This document shows, in pieces, positions 26,431-36,760 of a stretch of 64,000 bases of DNA (position 1 is its first letter; every line of letters begins with the position of its first letter). Below the pieces are notes generated by a model. It had not been told where the DNA came from. It searched no databases and saw only the letters and a list, made by a program, of their open reading frames with translations. The DNA comes from Camelus ferus (lineage: Eukaryota): positions 68,326,001 to 68,390,000 of the forward strand of contig NC_045697.1 of the NCBI RefSeq assembly GCF_009834535.1, given 5' to 3'. The position numbers and the translations under genes are program-made.

Positions 26431-27890
26431 TGAGTCATGTTCCCTCTTTCGTACTTTGGGCTCCTTTCTTTCAGGCTTCTTTCCCAATATCATTATCTAA
26501 CTGCTTCCCAAGAATCAAATCTTCTTTTTAAGCACTATGTACATTTACTACATACAATATTGTGTGCAGCAAGTACAGAAGTTTCTCCCTGCGTCCCCTC
26601 TATCTAGTCACCTATCAACCATATATCTAAATTCCCTAAAAAAGAAAGTAGTACTGGAGTATATTTTATTTAAATCACAGTTACTCATTCAGTGAAAGGT
26701 TACGTATTCCAAAAGCCATTGTTCTCTAAAAGGATAAAATAAAATAAATTCTTTTTTATCATCCTTATTAGATTTTTCTCCTGAAGACAAAAGAAAACAT
26801 TGTGAAATTACCTTTAGAGAATCACATATTTAAACTCCTCATTGTAAAAGGCAAATGCGCAAAACAAGCACAGACAAAATCCTTGGCATTGCAATTTATA
26901 AAGTTTCATGACTTTGTACTTATTTTTAAAAGGTAACTTTGATGCCTTTAGTAAGTATTAGTTGCCTGGTCCCATTAGGCAAGACAGTAGAATTAACCCA
27001 AATTTCAATCTAAAAAGCAGAATATTTTTATTTTATTAGCAGGTAGATCCTGGTAATGGAATGCATCTAGTCTTCTAAACATAGCAGGATATTTAATTTC
27101 ATTTACAAGATTGCAATGAGAGTTAATGAGGAAACATAATTATCTGATCTGTGTTTATTTATATTGTCTTTCTTTTATTTTCACTTTTAGCTTCTCCGTG
27201 TCTTATCCTTCAGGATCGACACTAGTCTGCCTAACTGTTTCATTTTATTATAACCCAAATAGGCCATAAGTAAACATGGTACACAAGCAGGAGATTTGTT
27301 TATTCTTCTCTCTGAACCATTCAGCTTCCTTCTGTGACAGGCAGCAGAGTCAAGCCAAATGAATGTTGGGAGGCACTATGAATTCATCAGACAAAACACA
27401 TTAAAGCTGGATATTATAAATTAGAAGTGTATTAACATTTTGGTCATTAAACCTGCTTAATTAAATTTAATTGTATTTCCCCCACATTATAGCAATTGCA
27501 CACGAACCATATTGCCTTTCCTGTTCTAAAAAGAAAGCTTCATTGCAATGCAAGTCAACAGTTTAGACTTTCAAACATACCTTTGAGATGAATTAGATCA
27601 TCTTTCATTACCAAGAAAAGAAATAAGGAAGATCAGTATGTTTATTTGATAGTGCCAGACTAAAGTTTGATATAAGATATTGAGGGGCCTTCTATAGATC
27701 ACTATAATTAGTTTATTACCATGTAAATACCGCTGTCTGTCAGTTTTGTGTTATTTTTTTTAGAGTGAATGATGCACTCAGAAATGAGTCAAACTAGTCA
27801 AACAAGAAATATAGATTTCATGACTGGGCAATAAAGTTTTGAATTTGCAAATTAAAGTAAGTTCTTTGCATTTCATTAGGATCTAGGTCA

Positions 27891-27976
27891 GGTGATTACA
27901 TATGTATTTAATGTAGTAGACATTTTGCATTGGGGTGATTACATGTGTATTTAATGTAGTAGACATCTTGCATTGG
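27891..27976. repeat. 43-bp tandem duplication (2 mismatches)
   Basis: GGTGATTACAT(A/G)TGTATTTAATGTAGTAGACAT(T/C)TTGCATTGG twice. Confidence 0.9.
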
Positions 27977-28049
27977 ATAAATGCAAAGATAATTCAGAAA
28001 TGCTATTGAATGCAAAATAGGAGCTGAAACATACAAATAAACCTCATTT

Positions 28050-28380
28050 TGTGATTTTGAGGGAAAGAACTAGCTCTTTGCTGGGGATTTAACAAGACAT
28101 CATTGAAGGAGTAGGATATTAACTGGACTTTAAGAATGGTCACAATTTGTATAGGAAGAGTAAAGGTTAGTTCAGATGGAGGGAACCCCATGAGCTGTGA
28201 CACAGAAGAAGAGTCTGATTGAATTTGACTGAAGTAAAGAATTCACAATGGGAAGTACTAAAATATTTTTTTAAAGCAACTGGAGGGAAATCATTAAATG
28301 CCAGACAGAGACTAAAATTTTTGTGGAAGATAAGGAGCCATTGGAGTTTTTAAATGGTGAACAGAAAGGATGATATTGAA
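28050..28380 (-). mobile_element. L2 fragment
   Basis: AAGGAGCCATTGGAGTTTTTAA; TGGACTTTAAGAATGG. Confidence 0.6.
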
Positions 28381-28729
28381 CCAATGTCTTTCACTTTGCC
28401 CATTGTGCACTTTAATCTCTTTACTTTTTTTTCTATATAAACATTTTTTATTGAGTTATAGTCATTTTACTATGTTGTGTCAAATTCCAGTGTAGAGCAC
28501 AATTTTTCAGTTATACATGAACATTCATTGTCACATTCTCTTTCACTGTGAGCCACCACAAGATCCTGTATATATTTCCCTGTGCTACACAGTACAATCT
28601 TGTTGATCTATTCTACATTTTGAAATCCCAGTCCCTTCCCATCCCCCATCCCCCTGGCAACCACAAGTTTGTATTCTATGTCTATGAATCTATTTCTGTT
28701 TTGTATTTTTGTTTGTTTGTTTGTTTGTT

Positions 28730-31700
28730 TTAGATTCCACATATGAGCGATCTCAGATGGTATTTTTCTTTCTCTTTCTGGCTTACTTCACTTAGGATGA
28801 CATTCTCCAGGAGCACCCATGTTGCTGCAAATGGCGTTATGTTGTCGGTTTTTATGGCTGAATAGTATTCCATTGTATAAATATACCACTTCTTCTTTAT
28901 CCAGTCATCTGTTGATGGACATTTAGGCTGTCTCCATGTCTTGGCTATTGTAAATAGTGCTGCTATGAACATTGGGGTGCAGGTGTCATCCTGAAGTAGA
29001 TTTCCTTCTGGATACAAGCCCAGGAGTGGGATTCCTGGGTCATATGGTAAGTCTATTCCTAGTCTTTTGAGGAATCTCCACACTGTTTTCCATAGTGGCT
29101 GCACCAAACTGCATTCCCATCAGCAGTGTAGGGGGGTTCCCCTTTCTCCACAGCCTCTCCAGCATTTGTCATTTGTGGATTTTTGAATGACGGCCATTCT
29201 GACTGGTGTGAGGTGATACCTCATTGTAGTTTTGATTTGCATTTCTCTGATAATTAGTGATATTGAGCATTTTTTCATGTGCTTTTTGATCATTTGTATG
29301 TCTTCCTTGGAGAATTGCTTGTTTAGGTCTTCTGCCCATTTTTGGATTGGGTTGTTTATTTTTTTCTTATTGAGTCGTATGAGCTGCTTATATATTCTGG
29401 AGATCAAGCCTTTGTCGGTTTCACTTGCAAAAATTTTCTCCCATTCCGTAGGTTTTCTTCTTGTTTTACTTCTGGTTTCCTTTGCTGTGCAGAAGCTTGT
29501 AAGTTTCATTAGGTCCCATTTGTTTATTCTTGCTTTTATTTCTTCTAGGAGAAAATTTTTGAGATGTATGTCAGATAATGTTTTGCCTATGTTTTCCTCT
29601 AGGAGGTTTATTGTATCTTGTCTTATGTTTAAGTCTTTAATCCATTTTGAGTTGATTTTTGTATATGGTGTAAGGGAGTGTTCTAGCTTCATTGTTTTAC
29701 ATGCTGCTGTCCAGTTTTCCCAACACCATTTGCTGAAGAGACTGTCTTTATTCCATTGTATATTCTTGCCTCCTTTGTCGAAGATGAGTTGACCAAAAGT
29801 TTGTGGGTTCATTTCTGGGCTCTCTATTCTGTTCCATTGGTGTATATGTCTGTTTTGGTACCAATACCATGCTGTCTTGATGACTGTAGCTCTATAGTAT
29901 TGTCTGAAGTCTGGGAGAGTTATTCCTCCAGCCTCTTTCTTTCTCTTCAGTAATGCTTTGGCAATTCTAGGTCTTTGATGGTTCCATATAAATTTTATTA
30001 TGATTTGTTCTAGTTCTGTGAAATATGTCCTGGGTAATTGGATAGGGATTGCATTAAATCTGTAGATTGCCTTGGGCAGTGTGACCATTTTAACAATACT
30101 GATTCTTCCAATCCAAGAGCATGGGATATCTTTCCATTTTTTAAAGTCTTCTTTAATTTCCTTCATCAATGATTTATAGTTTTCTGTGTATAATTCTTTC
30201 ACCTCCTTGGTTAGATTTATTCCCAGGTATTTTATTACTTTGGGTACTATTTTAAAGGGGTTGTTTCTTTACTTTCTTCTTCTGTTGATTCATTGTTAGT
30301 GTAAAGAAATGCAACTGATTTTTGAACGTTAATCTTCTTACCTGCTACCTTGCTGAATTCTTCAATCAGCTCTAGTAGCTTTTGTGTGGACCTTTTAGGG
30401 TTTTCTATATATAGTAACATGTCATCAGCATATAATGACACTTTTACCTCTTCTTTTCCAATTTGGATCCCTTTTATTTCTTTCTCTTGCCTGACTGCTG
30501 TGGCTAGGACTTCCAGGACTATGTTGAATAGGAGTGGTGATAGTGGGCATCCTTGTCTTGTCCCAGATTTTAGTGGGAAGCTTTTGAGTTTTTCACCGTT
30601 GAGTACTATGCTGGCTGTAGGTCTGTCATATATAGCTTTTATTATGTTGAGATATGTTCCCTCTATACCCACTTTGGTGAGAGTTTTTATCATAAATGGG
30701 TGTTGAATTTTATCAAATGCTTTTTCTGCCTATTGAGATGATCATGTGTTTTTTGTCCTTTCTCTTGTTGATGTGATGTATTACATTGATTGATTTGCGT
30801 ATGTTGAACCAGCCTTGTGTCCCTGGGATGAACCCCACTTGGTCATGATGTATAATCTTTTTTATGTGTTGTTGGATTCTATTTGCTAAAATTTTGGTGA
30901 GGATTTTGGCATCTATGTTCATCAGTGATATTGGCCTATAATTCTCTTTTTTTGTAGTGTCTTTGCCTGGTTTTGGTATCAGGGTGATGGTGGCTTCATA
31001 GAATGAGTTTGGGAGTATTCCCTCCTTTTCAATCATCTGGAAGAGTTTGAGAAGGACTGGTATGAGTTCTTCTTTGTATGTTTGGTAGAATTCCCCGGTG
31101 AAGCCGTCCAGGTCCTGGACTTTTATTTGTAGGGAGGTTTTTAATTGCTATTTCTATTTCCTTTCTAGTGATCGGATTGTTCAAGTGTTCAGATTCTTCT
31201 TGATTCAGTTTTGGTGGACAGTATGTTTCCAGAAACTTGTCCATCTCCTCTAGGTTAACCAGTTTGGTTCCATATAGTTTTTCATAATATTCTCATATGG
31301 TATTCTGTATTTCTATTTTGTTTGTTGTAATTTCTCCATTTTCCTTTCTTATTTTGCTAATTTGTGCTCTCTCTTTTTTCTTCTTTGTGAGTTTGGCCAG
31401 AGGTTGTCGATTTTATTTACTTTTTCAAAAAACCAGCTTTTGGTTTGGTTGATTTTTTCTATGGTCTTGTTAATCTCTATTGTATTTAATTCCCCTCTGA
31501 TCTTTATTATTTCCTTCCTTCTGCTGCTTTTTGGGGCTTTTTGTTCTTCTTTTTCTAATTCATTCAGGTGGTGGGTTAAATTGTTTATTTGAGATTGTTG
31601 TTCTTTTTTGAGGAAGGCCTGTATCGCTATAAACTTCCCTCTTAGCACTGCCTTTGCTGTGTCCCATAGGTTTTGAGTGGTTGTGCTTTCATTATCATTT

Positions 31701-32524
31701 GTCTCAAGGTATTTTTTAATTTCAGCTTTGATTTCCTCATTGATCCATTGTTTTTTCAATAACATATTGTTTAATCTCCATGCTTTCCTTTTCTTTTCCT
31801 TTGTTTCTCTGTTGTTGATTTCCAGTTTCATGGCATTGTGGTCAGTAAAGATGCTTGAGATAATTTCTATCTTCTTAAAATTGTTGAGGTTTCTTTTGTG
31901 CCCAAGTACATGATCGATCCTGGAAAATGTTCCATGTGCACTTGAAAAGAATGTATATCCTATGTTTTGGGGGTGTAGTGCTCAGAAAATATCCACCAAA
32001 TCTAGTTTTTCTATTGTAGTATTTAATTTCTCTGTTGCCTTGTTTATTTTCTGTCTGGAAGATCTGTCTAGTGATGTTAATGCAGTGTTAAAATCTCCAA
32101 CTATGATTGTATTCCCATCAATATCCCCCTTTATCTCTGTTAGTAATTCTTGTATGTACTTAGGTGCTCCTATATTGGGTGCATATATATTAACGAGTGT
32201 AATATCCTCATCTTGTATCACTCCTTTAATCATTATAAAATGTCCTTCTTTATCTTTCTTTATGGCCTTTGTTTTAAAGTCTATTTTGTCTGAAATCAGT
32301 ATTGCAACACCTGCTTTTTTGGCTTTTCCATTTGCATGGAATATCCTTTTCCATCCTTTCACTCTCAATCTATATGTGTCCTTCTCCCTAAAGTGGGTCT
32401 CTTGTATGCAGCATATTGAAGGTTCTTGCTTTATTATCCAGTCTGCCACTCTATGTCTTTTGACTGGAGCATTTAGTCCATTAACATTTACAGTAATTAA
32501 TGATAGATGTGTGTTTATTGCCAT
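28730..32524 (-). pseudogene. L1 ORF2 (APE endonuclease, reverse transcriptase, C-terminal domain), disrupted
   Basis: Motifs [33 protein letters not shown]; at least 4 frameshifts (~31410, ~31115, ~30730, ~30255) and 3 premature stops (~31982, ~31293, ~29120). Confidence 0.95.
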
Positions 32525-32928
32525 TTTGAACTTATCTTTGCAGTTGAATTGGTATATCCTCTTTGTTCCTTTCTTCTTCCTTTTGTGGTTTGGTAATTTT
32601 CCTTTGTATTTTCATGGATTTTATTTAATTTTTGTGACTCCTTTGTAAAGTTTTGGCTTGTGGTTACCCTTTTTTGTAAATCTATTAACCCATTACTATA
32701 ACTGTTTTTATTAAACTGATAGTAACATGATCTCAAACCCATCCTACTGTTAAAAAAATTTTAAAAAGAAAGAAAAAGATATTCTATATTTCCCTGCCTC
32801 CCTCTCCCACTCTCAGTGATTTGTATGTCTTCTTTTATAATTTCATGTTTACTTTATTTGTAATTCATGAGTTATCACCTTTCCAGTTGTGAGTTTCTCA
32901 TTTCTGTAGCATCATGCTGTTTTTCTAT

Positions 32929-33830
32929 TTAGAATAGCCCTTTCAATATTTCTTTTAGCATGGGTTTAGTGTTGCTAAACTCCTGCAGCTTTTTTTTGTC
33001 TGTGAAACTCTTTATGTCTCCTTCTATCCTCAAGGATAGCCTTGCTGGATAAAGGATCCTAGGCTGCATCTTTTTTTCATTCAGGGCTTTGAATATATCT
33101 TGCCACTCCCTTCTGGCCTGTAGTGTTTGTGTAGAGAAATCAGCTGAGAGCCTTATGGGGGTTCCCTTGTAACTTACTCTTTGCTTTTCTTTTGCTGCCT
33201 TTAGAATCCTTTCTTTATCCTTGACTCTGGCCATCTTGATTATGATATGTCTTGGTGTGGGTCTATTTGGGTTCTTCCTGTTTGGGACCCTCTGAGCTTC
33301 CTGTACTTGGATATCTGATTCCTTCTTTAAGTTTGGGAAGTTTTCAGTCATGATTTTTTCAAAAACCTTTTCAATCTCCTTTGATCTTTCTTCCCCTTCT
33401 GGGACCCCTATTATGCGAAGATTGGGACGCTTTATTTTATCCTATAGGTCCCTTATGCTATTTTCATTATTTTTTATTTGCTTATCTTGTAGTTCTTCTG
33501 AATGGGTGCTTTCTATTGCCCTGTATTCTAGATCACTAATTCGTTCCCCTGCATTATCTAGTCGGCTTTGCACAGCTATTAGATCATTCCTCATCTCTGT
33601 CAATGAGTTTACCCATTCTACTTGGCTCTTCTTTATAGCTTCAATTTCATTTTTGACATATTTTATATCTCTAAACACTATCTCTTTTAATTCCTTCAGC
33701 AATTTGATCACTCCTTTTTTGAAATCTTAATCTAGTAGGCTATTGATGTCTATTTTGTTAATCTTTCTTTCAGGGGATTTCTCTTGTTCTTTTAATTGGG
33801 AAAGGTTTTTCTGCTTCTCATCTTGCTCAT
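32929..33830 (-). pseudogene. L1 ORF1 (coiled-coil/RRM/CTD), disrupted
   Basis: MSKM.. start at 33830; ENFPNL, RPTPRHIII, ARREW and YPARLS motifs; one 1-bp frameshift near the start and stops at ~33728 and 33442. Confidence 0.93.
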
Positions 33831-34239
33831 ACCTCTCTGGCACTGTGGTTTATGGAGTATCAGTTGTTTATTTTGGTCCTTAAGGATTTTATCTATCTAA
33901 TACCTATTTAGGAATAAAACTTAGGAAAAAAAGAAAAAAAAATAAGAGAGAGAGAAAGAATTTTAAAAGAAGGGAGAAAGAGGGTTTGAAAACAGTGTAT
34001 AATGAATAATAGAAGAGCGAGTTGAAGCAGAGTATTAATCAGGTTGAGACATCCTTTTAAAACCTTTACAAAAAAAGGTGGGGGGAGATGAATAGATGTA
34101 TTTAAAACCTGTGTCTAATCAATAACAGGACATCAAAACCCAAGAGAAATAGAAATGAATTAAGAAGTAAAAATTAAGAGAGTAATAGAAAATAGAACAG
34201 GTAAAAACAGATTTAAAAAAAAAGGGGGGGGGGGCTTGT

Positions 34240-35503
34240 CGGTGTTCTCCTGGAGTCTGTGTGCTTTTAATGTGAAGTCTTTCTGTCTTCCTCCTGTTTT
34301 GGAAGCTCAGCTTGGTGTTTTCAGAGGCCCTCCGTTGGCGCCCTCTTCTGTGCTGCTCCCAGCACCTGTCGGCAAGCCGATCGCGCCTCCTCCTAACACT
34401 GGGTCAGGTGCAGCTCTCCTCTGCTGTGGGCGGGCGGGTCGCTGCCCCTCCGGATGCCGCAGTCAGATGTTGCAGACTGGCCAGGTAGGAGGGCGGGTCG
34501 TGCCCCCTCCCAGCACCTCGGACAGGGGCTGTGTTCCTGCCCGAAAGGCAGGGGCCGCTCTCGCTCTACCTGCGCCGCCGGTAGTTCCGCTCTCTGTGAG
34601 GCTGCGCGCTCCGCCCTGGTCGGCGCTCTGCGGGTGGGCTCGGGTAAGACCAAGGGACAGCCCTGTCCCTGCTCCGAGCCAGAACCCAGCTCCTTGTTTG
34701 TCTTTGTGGAGCAAGTTCTCTGAGGGACCAGGATGGAAGGATCCTATCTGCCCCGGGCTGCAGGCCAGTCTCAGTCTGGCCTTTGCAGCTGCTAAGCCCT
34801 TCGGTGCGTATGCAGGTTTCGCCCCCGCCCCCGCCTGAGTGCTAAGCGCGGAGGATATGGCGGCTGTGCCTGAGCCCTGCCTCTCTTCCCCCGAAAACTT
34901 TCCGCGCGTTTTCAGAGATGGGGGTGTGCACCCTTCCCCCGAGAGCACATCAACCTTGCTGTTTTATGGAGGGCCCAGGTTGTTCTGCCCTGTGCACCCA
35001 CAGCCACGGCGCGCAGCCCCTTGCGTTCCCCCAGGGCTGCCTCCGTGCAGCCGCCCCCGTCCTCCGCCGGGCTTGTGCAGCCTGGCCCTGCCCGCCGCTG
35101 CCGGCCGCGTCTCAGGCTGGGTGTCGGGGGGACGTTCTGTGCCCGTCTAACTTAGTTCTGTTAGTCAAGGGCTGCTCTGTACAGATCCGAGCCTCGGAGG
35201 CTCCCCCTCCGTCCCGCTGGCCTCGCAGTTGGAGAGGGGAGACCCAGCGAGCGAGCGCCAGTCCTCCTTTGCCGCTCCCTCCCCGCAGGACCCGTCCCGC
35301 GCTGCTTTGCCTTTTGTTATTTCTTTTTTCCTTTTCTCCTACCAGATTTTTGGCGTCTTTATCTTTTGAAGAGGGCGATGTTCTCTCAGAGTTCCGCAAG
35401 TGCTCTGGTTGGCTGAGTGGGTCTGTAGATGTGGGTCTTGGTGTATTTGTGGGAGAGGGTGACCTGCTAGCGTCCTTCTACTCCGCCATCTTCTCCGTCT
35501 CTC
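34240..35503 (-). promoter_or_regulatory. L1 5'UTR CpG island / internal promoter
   Basis: The only CpG-dense region in the window; YY1 site at the 5' end; GC boxes (34821-34835). Confidence 0.85.
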
Positions 35504-35921
35504 AGGGCCAGGACTTCTGACACCTTCTTATCACCTTTGTCACCTTTATCAGCCATTGGTATGATGAAATAGCATCCAGGAGTTTTCTTCTCGAGTCTGA
35601 AGTAGTTTGTTCTAGAATACATGTACATTATAGATGATAGTAAAAGCATAATGTGAAGTTGTTCAATCAAATGAGTTACAAAAAAACTACATTTGAAAAC
35701 CCACTGTGTAGGAGATAATGACTACAAACATTAAACATACATGCATACCTGTAACTCACATACTGTTGCACACATGCATGCCAACTGACAGATATTTTTA
35801 AGGATTTTGTTCTGATTAATATAGCTTTACCTCATTGATTTTATTATTGTTCCTTATACTCATTATTAAAAGTCAAGCAAATATGATGTAACATACAAGA
35901 TACAACAGTTAAAGTTTACTG

Positions 35922-36030
35922 TTTCATTTGTATTCATTTATTCAGTAAATATTTATTAAGCAGCAACTGAATGTGAGACACTGGGGATATAATGTTAATA
36001 AAGCATTTTATCTGCCCTCCAAGCTTCAGG
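35922..36030 (-). mobile_element. L2 3' end
   Basis: ATTCATTTATTCAGTAAATATTTATTAAGCAGCAACT..ACTGGGGATATA. Confidence 0.7.
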
Positions 36031-36594
36031 AGTTTGAACTTCATTTGAAGAGACCAAAAAAAAAAAAAAAAAATTTATGAAAGCATGTCAAAGGGTATAT
36101 CCAGGAAAATAAGTTACAAGAATAACAGTCCCAGCAATCTATAACCTGAGTATGACATTTCCTCAAGCCTTTTCCTAGAATCATTTATTCCTTTATTACC
36201 TCTGGCTTATTCTCTGTTTCAAATTTCTATTCACATGCCAAATGTCAAGTATAAAGGTAAATTTTCAAAGAAAATAAACTCTCAGAGAAATAACTGATTA
36301 AAAACTTTTGCCCACAGAACTCTGATTGTTGGGGTTCATACTTCAAAAATGACCGTTTAAAACCACTTTTGAAAAAGACTTAGGGTTTTCATTAAATAGT
36401 TCATTTCCAAAACTAATTGAAGATGCCAGTCTTACTTCATAATACATTAGCAAATTAAGTGGTATAATGCCCTGATAATCTTTGATCCATCTTAGGTGGA
36501 ACCAGAAATTGTGGAAGGTATGATACTGGCCTTGGGAAAAATCACAGACTTGTTTGCATGTAACAAACCTATAGTTAATGGTCATTCTTGCTAC

Positions 36595-36760
36595 CAGCAC
36601 TGTGATCCAGTAGGGGAAAAGGGGTCTTTGAAATCAGAAACTGGTCCAGGAACACCAGCTATGTCACTTTATAGTTATGTGACTTTGGGCAAGGTAATTA
36701 ACCCCCCTAAGCCTTTCCTCTGATGTCTTCAAATGGGGTAATGGTAATATTAAGTGCAAT
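36595..36760 (+). mobile_element. MIR SINE
   Basis: TAGTTATGTGACTTTGGGCAAGGTAATTAACC..AAATGGGGTAATGGTA. Confidence 0.7.

Larger units (their letters stand above)
28425..35503 (-). mobile_element. Full-length LINE-1 (~7.1 kb), inactivated
   Basis: 5' start with YY1 motif AAGATGGCGG (35483-35492), GC-rich 5'UTR, ORF1, inter-ORF region, ORF2 with EN/RT/C-terminal domains, AATAAA (28447-28452) and a short A tail. Confidence 0.97.

Noticed and set aside
28633..28657. G-quadruplex-capable tract in the L1 3'UTR
   Set aside because: A well-known generic feature of L1 3'UTRs
29232..33730. Long + strand ORFs (186, 118, 228 and 126 aa) rich in F/L/S/I
   Set aside because: Antisense shadows of L1 ORF1/ORF2
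34236..35520. 200-aa and other overlapping ORFs in the 5'UTR
   Set aside because: Expected in GC-rich, stop-poor DNA; no recognisable domain. Only the Kozak-context ORF at 34857 was kept as a lead
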